Of a DNA stretch of 64,000 bases, positions 19,498-28,832 are shown piece by piece. Each line of letters starts with the position of its first letter. Position 1 is the first letter of the stretch. The translations under genes and the position numbers were made by a program. Under the pieces are notes generated by a model. That model did no database searches. It had not been told where the DNA came from and saw only the letters and a program-made list of their open reading frames with translations. This DNA is from Rhodospirillales bacterium. Lineage in GTDB: Bacteria > Pseudomonadota > Alphaproteobacteria > Kiloniellales > CBDCUY01. Location: NCBI GenBank assembly GCA_965222795.1, contig OZ244972.1, forward strand, positions 492,286 to 556,285, in the 5' to 3' direction.

Positions 19498-20514
19498 TTA
19501 AATGGGATCGACCAGTGGTAGGTTGATCAAGACGTTTTGCGGCTTCAGTTTCAACGACTTGTTGGCATGCATGCAGAGGCCGAGGTAGACAGGACGGCCG
19601 GCAATCCGGGGCAGCATGACTCGAGGATCGGCGAACTCGAGTCGGAACAGACTGAGCAAGCTTTCCAGACGGTCGGACTCCACCGTGTTGCCTTGATAAA
19701 GATCGTTCAGCAGCTGGCTGGCTTCGCTGTCGAGGCCAATATGCCATACCCACCGTTCGTCGGTGATTTTTTGCACGGGCTGCACCGCGACGCTTGTCCT
19801 TGTAAAATGCGCAATCCAGGCTTCCAGCACTCGGCAAAAAGCATCCAAACCGGCGCCGGCGAAACTCAGGTCCAGCACCGTGTCGTGGGCTTGATCGCGC
19901 CCCCAATAGAGGTCTGCGTTGCCCTCGTCCAGAATGTCCAATTGAATGGTCCTAAGTGGTGTTTGCGATTCGGTGATGAGGCGCCCCAAAGATCCGAATC
20001 CACCGGACCTGGCATACATTTGGACGGTCTCTTGATCGGCAACCATGATGCGAGACTGGTCGATGGTGACGGCCTGCTCGCGAAAGAACAGTTCGCCAGC
20101 GCGGGCCTTCAGGCCGTCTAGTGAACCGTCGAGAATGTTGCGCAGCACCAAATGAACCAGCTGGTCGATGAAAAGCGGCGGCAGGGTGACGCCGCCCTTA
20201 CTGCGGAAAATTCCAAGATAACAGGCTTCAAGCGTGCCCGCGGCCAACAGCTGATCCCGAAACGCAAGCACATAACGGTAGTTTTCCTGGGCATCCGGAT
20301 CGGCGAAACGGGCCAAATCCTCGTCGCCGACCGGCCGCCGGGGATCCTCGAGCAATGCCGCGTGCAGCGCGCGTTCCTGGGAACAGGATTCGGCGATCGG
20401 CGCCACTTCAGGCCGATGAAAGTAGGCCCGCAGCAAGGCATCACCAACCCGCAAGTAACCCTCGGCATCACGGTCCACCAAATGAAAGCCTGAATCTCGC
20501 CAAAAATCGGGCAT
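19498..20514 (-). CDS. Conserved hypothetical protein (I recall similar alphaproteobacterial proteins labelled DUF6352; unverified)
   Basis: 339 aa from MPDFWRDSGFHLV.. with balanced composition. The ORF also extends to 20664, which would abut the divergent NDUFA12-like gene. No recognisable catalytic motif. Confidence 0.55.
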   Translation of the reverse strand: MPDFWRDSGFHLVDRDAEGYLRVGDALLRAYFHRPEVAPIAESCSQERALHAALLEDPRRPVGDEDLARFADPDAQENYRYVLAFRDQLLAAGTLEACYLGIFRSKGGVTLPPLFIDQLVHLVLRNILDGSLDGLKARAGELFFREQAVTIDQSRIMVADQETVQMYARSGGFGSLGRLITESQTPLRTIQLDILDEGNADLYWGRDQAHDTVLDLSFAGAGLDAFCRVLEAWIAHFTRTSVAVQPVQKITDERWVWHIGLDSEASQLLNDLYQGNTVESDRLESLLSLFRLEFADPRVMLPRIAGRPVYLGLCMHANKSLKLKPQNVLINLPLVDPI

Positions 20515-20666
20515 GTCCAACTCTATAGAGAGCGGGCTTCGGTCTTGTCCAGTCCTGGATGAAGACCCTACGGCGCCTCTCTGCGCTACCTTGGTCGGAG
20601 GCCTCTGGACGCCGATCACGCGAGATGCGATAGTCACCACGCTGACTGCCCAATAGGAAAGCATCG

Positions 20667-21050
20667 ATGATTTGGGACTTTAATCTAGGAACTTGGCTCT
20701 ACACGCGCTTTCGCGGCGAAATGGTCGGTCGGGACGAATTTGGCAATTGCTACTACCGCGAACGCGGCGGCGGCCGGGTTCACCAGGACAGCCTGCGCAA
20801 GGAGCGCCGCTGGGTGGTTTATGACGGCGAGGTCGAAGCCAGTCGCGTGCCGCCGGAGTGGCATGCCTGGCTGCACCACACCGTCGACGAAACACCGGAT
20901 TCCGGCGGTGTCAAGAAACGCAAGTGGCAAAAGCCGCACCTCCGCAACCAAACCGGCACCAATGAAGCCTATAGACCGCCCGGTCATGTCCTGATGGGCG
21001 GGCAACGGCAAAAATCCTCCGGCGACTACGAGCCGTGGACCCCTGAGTAA
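20667..21050 (+). CDS. NADH:ubiquinone oxidoreductase subunit NDUFA12 (B17.2)-like protein
   Basis: 127 aa. ..GTWLYTRFRGEMVGRDEFGNCYY....RRWVVYDGEVEASRVPPEWHAWLHHTVD...YEPWTP is the characteristic NDUFA12 family pattern. Confidence 0.85.
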   Translation: MIWDFNLGTWLYTRFRGEMVGRDEFGNCYYRERGGGRVHQDSLRKERRWVVYDGEVEASRVPPEWHAWLHHTVDETPDSGGVKKRKWQKPHLRNQTGTNEAYRPPGHVLMGGQRQKSSGDYEPWTPE

Positions 21051-21286
21051 GAGCGGAAATCGCGACCAATTAACCCAATTCCAAGAGTTGATGGCAATTA
21101 CTATTTCAATGGGAAGGTTTGGCCACTTCATGGGCCAATAGCTTTGTTGCGGGCTTCTTGCGCAACAGCTAGCCGTGAGCTTGCTGACCCAATGATTCAG
21201 GGGCTCTAGGCCGGTATTCCGAACCACGAAGCGATGGTGGCTGGCGGCGCAGGGGAGATGTCGCCCATCGTCATCGGGAGACCCAC

Positions 21287-21754
21287 ATGAAACGAAACGT
21301 AATCGAGACAATCATGGGCGCGGTCGTCTTGTTGGTCGCAATCGTGTTTGTGGCGGTCGCCTTTTCCACCAGTGATGTCGGCGCGGTCCATGGTTACCAG
21401 GTCGTGGCGGACTTTGATGACGCCTCGGGCCTACGGCCGGGGACGGAAGTGCGCATGAGTGGCATCAAGGTCGGTACGGTCAGCCAGCAGACGATCGATC
21501 CGGCAACCTACTTCGCGCGCATTACCATGACCATCGATGACGCCATCAAGCTGCCGCTGGGGACCTCGGCGCGAGTCGTACCCGACGGATTGCTGGGCGC
21601 CAACTTTGTGGTGCTCGAGCCAGGCGGCGAAGATGAGATGATCGAAGCCGGCGGCAAGATCGAGTATACGCAGGGTGCCATCAATGTGGTGGACCTCTTG
21701 GGCCGCTTTATCTTCGGCTCGGCCGGCAGCCCGAGCGAACTGGAGTCGCCATGA
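21287..21754 (+). CDS. mlaD: MlaD (MCE-domain) outer-membrane lipid asymmetry protein
   Basis: 155 aa with an N-terminal TM (IETIMGAVVLLVAIVFVAVAF) followed by an MCE domain (..YQVVADFDDASGLRPGTEVRMSGIKVGTV..ITMTIDD..LPLGTSARVVPDGLLG..). Confidence 0.8.
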   Translation: MKRNVIETIMGAVVLLVAIVFVAVAFSTSDVGAVHGYQVVADFDDASGLRPGTEVRMSGIKVGTVSQQTIDPATYFARITMTIDDAIKLPLGTSARVVPDGLLGANFVVLEPGGEDEMIEAGGKIEYTQGAINVVDLLGRFIFGSAGSPSELESP

Positions 21755-22521
21755 GCTCACGCCCGGGTCCCCAGGGTCAACATTGGGACCCCGACCGCTA
21801 CGCGCGCAATGCTCGCTTTGTCGCCGATCTTGGTATGCCTGTGCTTGACCTCCTGGCCCCGAAATCGGGAGAGCGAATCCTTGACCTTGGCTGCGGTGAC
21901 GGTGCCTTAACCGAGAAATTGGCGGAGCGGGGTATTGAGGTCGTCGGGGTCGATGCCAGCCCAGACCAGGTCCAAGCCGCGCAGCGCCGCGGCCTCGATG
22001 CCAGGGTCATGGATGCCCGCGACTTGACGTTTCACCACGAGTTTGACGCGGTTTTTAGCAATGCGGCCCTGCACTGGGTCCGGCAAGCCGAGGCGGTGAT
22101 CGCCGGTGTTCGGCGATCGCTGAAGCCCGGTGGCCGTTTCGTCGGCGAGATGGGTGGCCACGGCAATGTTGAGGCGGTCCGTAGGGCTTTGTATACCGTC
22201 CTCGAAAACCGGGGCATTGACCCATCGCCCTCAGATCTCTGGTACTTTCCGACCCCTGAAGCCTATTCCACGGCACTGCGGGAAGGCGGCTTCGCAGTCC
22301 GCTCGATCGAACTCTTCCCGCGACCGACCCCCCTGCCCGGCCAGGTTACCGATTGGCTTCAAACCTTTGCCGAGAGTTTCCTGAATAGGGTCGAAACTGA
22401 TGCCCGGCCCCAGCTCCTGACCGAGGTGGCGGAGCAACTGCGGCCACAGCTTTGCGCGGACGATGGGGTTTGGACCGTCGACTATGTCCGCCTTCGCTTC
22501 TTCGCCGAGCGCAAAGACTGA
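21751..22521 (+). CDS. Class I SAM-dependent methyltransferase (Tam-like)
   Basis: 256 aa. Motif I ILDLGCGDGALT. An acidic loop VVGVDAS. ATGA overlap with mlaD. Confidence 0.8.
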   Translation: MSSRPGPQGQHWDPDRYARNARFVADLGMPVLDLLAPKSGERILDLGCGDGALTEKLAERGIEVVGVDASPDQVQAAQRRGLDARVMDARDLTFHHEFDAVFSNAALHWVRQAEAVIAGVRRSLKPGGRFVGEMGGHGNVEAVRRALYTVLENRGIDPSPSDLWYFPTPEAYSTALREGGFAVRSIELFPRPTPLPGQVTDWLQTFAESFLNRVETDARPQLLTEVAEQLRPQLCADDGVWTVDYVRLRFFAERKD

Positions 22522-22595
22522 CCTTGCAGGCGCCAGGGTGCTGTCTTACCTGATCTTAGAAGCCAAATGGTCACAAGGACGTCAGGTTTGATCGG

Positions 22596-22835
22596 ATGAA
22601 GGTCTTGGATACAACGGTAAATCCCCCATTGTGGCGGCAAACCGACGGCACGCCAGTTTCTTGCAAAGAAAAGATTGTCGTGCTTAACGAAAACTTGAAC
22701 GAGATCAAACAGATTTGCCAAGACGCGCTGGAAGATGCGATTTTGATGGGCTGCGATGAAGAACAAGTGCGCGGCGTGCTGCATGACCTTGTCGATGGGT
22801 TGCGCAATCCTTATGCCAAGCCGTCATCGGATTAA
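22596..22835 (+). CDS. Small hypothetical protein (79 aa)
   Basis: Protein-like composition (MKVLDTTVNPPLWRQTDGTPVSCKEKIVVLNENLNEIKQICQDALEDAILMGCDEEQVRGVLHDLVDGLRNPY..). It sits in a locally lower-GC patch with a weak SD. Overlaps the next gene's start by 23 nt. No family recognised. Confidence 0.35.
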   Translation: MKVLDTTVNPPLWRQTDGTPVSCKEKIVVLNENLNEIKQICQDALEDAILMGCDEEQVRGVLHDLVDGLRNPYAKPSSD

Positions 22836-23343
22836 ATTTCTCGGCCTTGGCCTGTGGGTTTTGGGCATCTGGCTTCTGTCCCCTGTGACCTCCTCGCAGG
22901 CGCAAGCAACCCTCGATACCACGACGATCACAGACGAGCAGGCGCTGCCACCCGCACCCTGGCCCCGGCCAGACGCGTCCGATCCCTCGGCGGCGGCAGG
23001 CGGCCACGCAGGGGTCGAGGTGGCCTTGCTGCAAGGCCTCGACAAGATCACGGCACGGGTTTCTACCTTCGAGGCACCGATCGGCGTGGCCGTTCAGTTC
23101 GGCAGCCTGTCGATCACCACCCGCGCCTGCAACAAACGACCGCCGGAAGAGCCGCCTGAAAGCGCGAGTTTCTTGGAGATTGTCGATATCCGGCCCGATT
23201 CCCCGTCGGTTCAAGTCTTTACCGGCTGGATGTTCGCGTCGTCTCCGGCCCTTTCTGCCCTGGAGCACCCGGTCTACGATGTCTGGGTCGTCGACTGTAA
23301 GAACGCCTCGAACAAGCCCTCATCAAGCGACTCCGGAAACTGA
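22813..23343 (+). CDS. DUF2155-like periplasmic protein
   Basis: Signal peptide MPSRHRIKFLGLGLWVLGIWLLSPVTSSQA. Conserved core ..VEVALLQGLDKITARVSTFEAPIGVAVQFGSLSITTRACNKRPPEEPPESASFLEIVD..VFTGWMFASSPALSALEHPVYDVWVVDC. The ORF also opens at 22756. Confidence 0.7.
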   Translation: MPSRHRIKFLGLGLWVLGIWLLSPVTSSQAQATLDTTTITDEQALPPAPWPRPDASDPSAAAGGHAGVEVALLQGLDKITARVSTFEAPIGVAVQFGSLSITTRACNKRPPEEPPESASFLEIVDIRPDSPSVQVFTGWMFASSPALSALEHPVYDVWVVDCKNASNKPSSSDSGN

Positions 23344-23921
23344 GCCGAGCGGCGTATCGCCCGGGACAAACGCGCACGATACTGCGCGCGGGTGATCTCG
23401 ATCGCCCCGAATTGTTTGAGATGCTGGGTCGTGAATTGGGTATCGAGAAGCAAGAAACCGCCATGGCGCAAGCGGGCGACCAAGTGTGCCAAAGCCACCT
23501 TGCTGGCGTCGGTGTGGCGGCTAAACATGCTCTCGCCGAAAAAGGCCGCACCCAGCCCAACCCCATAAAGGCCACCCACCAGCGCGCCATCTTTTCGGCA
23601 TTCGACCGAGTGCGCGAACCCCATCCGATGCAAACCGTTGTAAAGGTGTTCGATGGTCGGGTTGATCCAGGTGTCCGGGCGGTTAGGTTCCGGCGCCGCA
23701 CAGAGGCGGATGACCTCCGAAAAGGCCTTGTTGCAGCTGACCTCGAACTCTTTGTTGCGCAGCCTTCGACGCAGTTTTCGCGGCAGATGGAAGCGATCGA
23801 GCGGCAAAATGCCGCGGCGCTCGGGATCGATCCAATGCACATCCAAGTCGCTGCGACTCTCCGCCATCGGAAAGATGCCGACGGCGTAGGCCCGTAACAA
23901 AAGTTCTGGCGTTAGCTCCAT
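23274..23921 (-). CDS. aat: Leucyl/phenylalanyl-tRNA--protein transferase
   Basis: 215 aa. MELTPELLLRAYAVGIFPMAESR....WIDPERRGILPLD.FH.PRKLRR...VSCN.AF..VI..CA...R..TWI...I...Y..LH..G.AHSVE. Confidence 0.9.
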   Translation of the reverse strand: MELTPELLLRAYAVGIFPMAESRSDLDVHWIDPERRGILPLDRFHLPRKLRRRLRNKEFEVSCNKAFSEVIRLCAAPEPNRPDTWINPTIEHLYNGLHRMGFAHSVECRKDGALVGGLYGVGLGAAFFGESMFSRHTDASKVALAHLVARLRHGGFLLLDTQFTTQHLKQFGAIEITRAQYRARLSRAIRRSAQFPESLDEGLFEAFLQSTTQTS

Positions 23922-24120
23922 TTATTCGCGCCGCAAGGCTTGCAGTCCATCGGCTGCCACTGCGACCGGCTGCTGTTGGCCGGTACCGCCCATATTACAT
24001 CCGCTACTTACATCCGCTACCCTGTCGTGGACAGTCTCGCCTGCCCTGACGTGGCCTGAGCCATGGACCCAAGAAAGCCACCCTCGCTGCTTCCCGTCCC
24101 ATGTATCGACGGCGCAGACC

Positions 24121-25464
24121 TCAATGGGACGCGCCCAGTAAGCGCTCAAGCCAGTGAATATCATAAACGCCATCAATAAAATCGTTCTCGGCTATCAAAC
24201 GCTGATGCAATGGGATTGTCGTCTTGATTCCCTCAATAACAAATTCCTCCAAGGCGCGACGCAACCGCATCAAGCATTCGTTGCGAGTCTGCCCGTGGAC
24301 GATCAGCTTGGCCACCAGGCTGTCGTAATATGGGGGAACACGGTAACCTGTATAGAGACCCGAATCCACGCGGACGCCAAGACCACCGGGCGCGTGGTAC
24401 TCGGTCACGGTTCCTGGGGAGGGTACAAAATTTTGCGGGTCTTCGGCGTTGATGCGGCATTCGATCGAATGCCCGGAGAACTGCACCTGATGCTGCTTCA
24501 AACTGACCGGCAAGCCAGCGGCGATCCGCAACTGTTCGCGCACGAGATCTATGCCTGTGATTGCTTCTGATATAGGGTGCTCTACCTGAAGTCGTGTATT
24601 CATTTCAATGAAGAAGAATTCACCATCCTGGTAAAGAAACTCTAGAGTCCCGACGCTGCGATACCCGAGTTTGCCCATGGCCTCGGCGATCACACTGGTC
24701 AGGTGTTCCCGCTGTTCCCTGTTCAGGGCGGGAGACAGCGCTTCTTCGATGAGCTTTTGGTGGCGCCGCTGCATGGAGCAGTCTCTTTCCCCTAAGACCA
24801 CCACCTCGCCGAAGTTGTCTGCGAGAATTTGCACCTCGATATGGCGTGGACGATCGAAGTAGCGTTCCAAATAGACACGGTCGTCGCCGAAGGCAGCCTT
24901 CGCTTCCTGCCGCGCAAGGCGCAAGGCCGTGGACAGCTCTTCTGGTGCGCGAACGACCTTCATGCCTCTCCCGCCACCACCGGCGGCAGCCTTGACCAGC
25001 AAGGGATAGCCGATCTCCTTGGCCGCCGCCATGGCTTCGCTATCGCTCTCCAAGGGGCTCTCGCCGCCCGGCACCACCGGCAAGCCAAGGCTACTGATCG
25101 CCCGCTTCGCCACCACTTTATCGCCCATAAGACGGATGTGCTCTGGCGCCGGCCCAACGAAGACAAAGCCATGCTCTTCCACCATCGCGGCGAAGTCTGC
25201 GTTCTCAGAGAGAAAGCCGACCCCCGGGTGGATGGCATCGGCGCCGGTTATGCTCGCTGCCGACAAAATGGCCGGAACGTTGAGGTAGCTTTGGGCCGGC
25301 TGCGGCGGTCCGATGCAGACGCTTTCGTCGGCCAGACGCACGTGCATTGCGTCTTCATCCGCGGTCGAGTGCACAGCGACGGTATGGATGCCCATCTCCC
25401 GGCAGGCGCGGTGAACTCGCAAAGCGATTTCACCCCGATTGGCAATCAGGACCTTCTCGAACAT
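24121..25464 (-). CDS. accC: Acetyl-CoA carboxylase, biotin carboxylase subunit
   Basis: 447 aa. MFEKVLIANRGEIALRVHRACREMGI.., ATP-grasp GGGGRGM, EMNTRLQVEHP. Confidence 0.95.
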   Translation of the reverse strand: MFEKVLIANRGEIALRVHRACREMGIHTVAVHSTADEDAMHVRLADESVCIGPPQPAQSYLNVPAILSAASITGADAIHPGVGFLSENADFAAMVEEHGFVFVGPAPEHIRLMGDKVVAKRAISSLGLPVVPGGESPLESDSEAMAAAKEIGYPLLVKAAAGGGGRGMKVVRAPEELSTALRLARQEAKAAFGDDRVYLERYFDRPRHIEVQILADNFGEVVVLGERDCSMQRRHQKLIEEALSPALNREQREHLTSVIAEAMGKLGYRSVGTLEFLYQDGEFFFIEMNTRLQVEHPISEAITGIDLVREQLRIAAGLPVSLKQHQVQFSGHSIECRINAEDPQNFVPSPGTVTEYHAPGGLGVRVDSGLYTGYRVPPYYDSLVAKLIVHGQTRNECLMRLRRALEEFVIEGIKTTIPLHQRLIAENDFIDGVYDIHWLERLLGASH

Positions 25465-25473
25465 GCGCCCGCG

Positions 25474-25914
25474 TTACTCGATCACCAGAAGCGGTTCACC
25501 GAACTCCACCGGCTGACCGTCGTGGACCAGGATCTCGCTCACCCTACCGGCCCTGGGGCTGGGGATTTGGTTCATCACCTTCATGGCTTCAATAATGAGC
25601 AAGGGCTGGCCTTCACGCACCGTGTCGCCAACCCGAACAAAAGGTGGCGCACCTGGTTCGGGAGCAACATAAACCGTCCCCACCATGGGCGCCGTAACCG
25701 CGCCGCTGGGCGGCCCTTTGCTGGCCGCTGGCATCTCATCGCGCGCAGATGCCGGCGCCGGCGCCGTGGCCGTTGGCGGCAACCCCAGCACAGCCCCACG
25801 CGATACCCGAATGCGCTCTCCCGCTGCTTCGTACTCGATCTCGTTGAGGCCGGATTCTTCAAGCAGTTGAGCGAGCTTGCGGATCAAATTTTCATCAGGC
25901 CCAAAGTCGGCCAT
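25474..25914 (-). CDS. accB: Acetyl-CoA carboxylase biotin carboxyl carrier protein
   Basis: 146 aa with a Pro/Ala linker and the biotinylation motif IEAMKVMN. Confidence 0.95.
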   Translation of the reverse strand: MADFGPDENLIRKLAQLLEESGLNEIEYEAAGERIRVSRGAVLGLPPTATAPAPASARDEMPAASKGPPSGAVTAPMVGTVYVAPEPGAPPFVRVGDTVREGQPLLIIEAMKVMNQIPSPRAGRVSEILVHDGQPVEFGEPLLVIE

Positions 25915-26402
25915 TAAACCTCTCTCTCCAGTTCAAGGATCTGCGCAAGCGCATCCAGTGCCATGATGTAGCCGTGCATGCCAAAGCCACAAATCACCCC
26001 TTGTGCTGCCTGCGAAACATAAGAATGATGGCGAAAGACATCGCGTCGAAAGATGTTACTTAAGTGCACTTCAACAATCGGTAAATCACTTGCCAAGAGG
26101 GCATCGAGAATAGCGATCGACGTATGGGTGTAGGCACCGGCATTCAGGATGATGCCGGCCTGGGTCGCCCGCGCTTCTTGAATCCAGCTGACCAGCTCTC
26201 CTTCATGGTTGGACTGGCGAAATTCAAGGGAAAGGCCACGTGTTCGCGCATGCGTCCGGCATGACGCCTCGATGTCCGCCAGGGTGGTGCGCCCGTAGAC
26301 CTCCGGCTCCCGACTACCCAACATGTTTAGGTTTGGTCCGTTAAGAACCAGGACCGATACGGCTGCGCTCACCCTCGCCTCCAGCGGCAATTGCCCCGAC
26401 AA
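25914..26402 (-). CDS. aroQ: Type II 3-dehydroquinate dehydratase
   Basis: ..[27 protein letters not shown]....[14 protein letters not shown]...[26 protein letters not shown] stop/start overlap with accB. The start could be a little downstream. Confidence 0.9.
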   Translation of the reverse strand: MSGQLPLEARVSAAVSVLVLNGPNLNMLGSREPEVYGRTTLADIEASCRTHARTRGLSLEFRQSNHEGELVSWIQEARATQAGIILNAGAYTHTSIAILDALLASDLPIVEVHLSNIFRRDVFRHHSYVSQAAQGVICGFGMHGYIMALDALAQILELEREV

Positions 26403-26440
26403 GCGTTATCATATGCAAGACCTTAGTGGCAATGCGGCAG

Positions 26441-27886
26441 TCAAGTGGCGGGATAGGAACCTGTTGGTCGACGCAGGTGCCAGGGACAGGCAGCCTCAAG
26501 CTGGCTGGACAAGCGCACGAGCAGGGCTTCTTCGCCGAGGCGGGAAGCAATCTGTACGCCAATCGGCAAGCCGTTATCCCAGAAAAGCGGCAGCGAGGCG
26601 GCCGGCCCACCGGTAATGTTGAAGAGGCTGGTGAAGCGAATTACCGGCACCACCCGTTCGGTGAGGGCGTCGATGTCACCGCTGAGCGTGTCGATATCCC
26701 CGAGCGGCCAGGGCTTGCGGGTGATGGTCGGGCTGAGGATCGCATCAAAATCGGACAGGAACTGCCCAATCCGTCGACCGCAGTGATGAACCTGAAAGAC
26801 AGCGGCCGCATAGTCGGCTGCGGAAAAGCGCTCGGCCTCGGACAGGAAGACCTGGGTGCCGTGCTCGAGCTCGCTGGGCTCGGGATGTCTACCGATCTCT
26901 CCCACGCGCGCGGCGATGTCGTTTTTCAAGTTCGCCGCAATGATGACTCTCACGGCCTCCGTTAGTGCTTGCCAGTCAACGGGCAGCTGCACCTCTTCTA
27001 TTTCATGGCCTAGCGACTGGCAGAGCATAGCCGCATCATCGACAGCGGCCACACAGGCCGGTTCTATATCGGGATCGCTTGGCGGAGCCTGCCGTACCAG
27101 CGCCAATTTGAGGCGCCCAGGAGCGGCACCGACTTCTTGTAGCAATGGCCGTGCCAGGGGCGGCGCCGCGTAGGGATCACCCGGCTCCGGGCCATGCGTC
27201 GCATCCAACAGTGCCGCCGAATCGCGAACGCTGCGGGTCACCGCGTGCTGTACCGCTAAGCCGGCCCAGCCCTCGCCAACCACCGGGCCGATCGGATTAC
27301 GCCCGCGACTGGGTTTGAGGCCGAACAATCCGCAGCAGGCGGCCGGAATGCGGATCGACCCGCCGCCGTCGCTGGCGTAGGCAGCTGGCAATATACCAGC
27401 GGCAACCGCGGCCGCGGCCCCGCCGCTCGATCCGCCGGCACTGTGACTGGTGAGCCAAGGATTGCGGGTTGGACCGAAAGCTTGCGGTTCCGTCGAAATG
27501 TGTAAACCGAGTTCTGAACTGTTGGTAGTGCCAAAGATCACCAGGCCCGCCTGTCGCAGGCGGGAAACCAGGGTCGAGTCGGCGCGAGCCACGGCGCCGT
27601 CGAAAAAGCGGCAGCCATTGGTCATCGGCTGCCCCGAATAGGGCGCATAAAGATCCTTGAGCAGATAGGGGACGCCGCGAAAAGGGCCATCCGGCAGGCC
27701 CTCGGCAATACGGGCAAAGGCCTCATCGACCCAGTGGTGGACGACCGCGTTAACGATCGGATTGCGCTGCTCCATCCTTTCGACAGCGGCTCTTAGAAGC
27801 TCTTCGGCAGAGACCTCCCCTTTGGCCACCAAGCCGGCCAGATCAACGGCGTCGTAGTCTTCGTAGTCGGGCAAGGTCATCGGCAC
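26441..27886 (-). CDS. Amidase-signature (AS) family amidase
   Basis: 481 aa. AS motif [14 protein letters not shown] and ..[25 protein letters not shown].. Confidence 0.85.
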   Translation of the reverse strand: MPMTLPDYEDYDAVDLAGLVAKGEVSAEELLRAAVERMEQRNPIVNAVVHHWVDEAFARIAEGLPDGPFRGVPYLLKDLYAPYSGQPMTNGCRFFDGAVARADSTLVSRLRQAGLVIFGTTNSSELGLHISTEPQAFGPTRNPWLTSHSAGGSSGGAAAAVAAGILPAAYASDGGGSIRIPAACCGLFGLKPSRGRNPIGPVVGEGWAGLAVQHAVTRSVRDSAALLDATHGPEPGDPYAAPPLARPLLQEVGAAPGRLKLALVRQAPPSDPDIEPACVAAVDDAAMLCQSLGHEIEEVQLPVDWQALTEAVRVIIAANLKNDIAARVGEIGRHPEPSELEHGTQVFLSEAERFSAADYAAAVFQVHHCGRRIGQFLSDFDAILSPTITRKPWPLGDIDTLSGDIDALTERVVPVIRFTSLFNITGGPAASLPLFWDNGLPIGVQIASRLGEEALLVRLSSQLEAACPWHLRRPTGSYPAT

Positions 27887-28010
27887 GCAAAGTTACTCCC
27901 AGCTGCCCACTATCGAACACGGTCGGTACGACGGCCCGTCGTGCGGGCACCGCTCAATTCTTGGTTCGCGTAGTTGGTTTACATGAAGTCGATTAGGGTT
28001 GCGGTCAGCC

Positions 28011-28787
28011 CTAGCTCGCGCCGGCGCGCGCGTCATTCACCAGTTGGCGCAGTTGATCCATGGAAAGCGCGCCGGGGACGACCTGGTCATGAATGACGAA
28101 AGCCGGCGTTCCCCGAATAGCCAGCGCGCCGGCAAGCTCGTGGACATCGCGAATGGCCTGCATCACCTCGGGCGAATCCATATCCTGCTGCAGTTGTTCC
28201 ATATCGAGGCCAAGTTGCCGGGCGGTCGCGAGCGTACTCTCCTCGGTGATGCCCCCGCCTATGGTCATGAGCTCTAGGTGAAACTCTTGATACAGTCCTT
28301 GCTTGGCCGCGGCCAAAGCTGCCTTTGCCGCAAAAACCGACTCCGGCCCCAAGATGGGGTACTCCTTCATGACCAGGCGGATACGCCCGTCCTCTTCGAC
28401 CACCTCAATAATATCTTCCGCCACCTTCCGGCAGTATGGGCAGCGGTAGTCGAAGAACTCCACCAAAACCACGTCGCCTTCTGGATTACCTAATACCGGC
28501 GAGTTCGGATCGCTCGTCAAGGCAACCTGATTATTGGCCACGGCCTCGCGCTGCCGCGATTCCTCGGCCAGGTTTTGTCGCTTCTCAAGTTCATTGATGG
28601 CGTCGAGAATGACTTCCGGATTGGCGATTAGGTATTCGCGAACGACCTGCTCGATGGCCTCTACCTCGCTGGGCGAGAACTCGGAGCCTTGGCCGCTGGT
28701 TTGCGCATCGGCGCGATCGTTCCCGCCGAGCAAGAGAAGGAGGAGTCCGACACCAAGAATAAGGCCGCGTTGGTAGGGCCTGATCAT
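28011..28787 (-). CDS. DsbA-family thiol:disulfide oxidoreductase (periplasmic)
   Basis: 258 aa with a Sec-type signal and the thioredoxin active site CPYC in EFFDYRCPYCRK. Confidence 0.85.
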   Translation of the reverse strand: MIRPYQRGLILGVGLLLLLLGGNDRADAQTSGQGSEFSPSEVEAIEQVVREYLIANPEVILDAINELEKRQNLAEESRQREAVANNQVALTSDPNSPVLGNPEGDVVLVEFFDYRCPYCRKVAEDIIEVVEEDGRIRLVMKEYPILGPESVFAAKAALAAAKQGLYQEFHLELMTIGGGITEESTLATARQLGLDMEQLQQDMDSPEVMQAIRDVHELAGALAIRGTPAFVIHDQVVPGALSMDQLRQLVNDARAGAS

Positions 28788-28832
28788 GCTTAGTCCTTTC
28801 TGAGCTTGTTCGGCAAGGCTATGGCCTTTTCC

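Noticed and set aside
20685-21311. 208-aa minus-strand ORF
   Set aside because: It is antisense to the well-conserved NDUFA12-like gene and runs through the intergenic region. Shadow ORF.
24829-25917. 362-aa ORF on the plus strand spanning accC/accB
   Set aside because: It is exactly antisense to two unambiguous, highly conserved genes. The Arg/Gly/His/Pro-rich composition is typical of shadow ORFs in GC-rich DNA.
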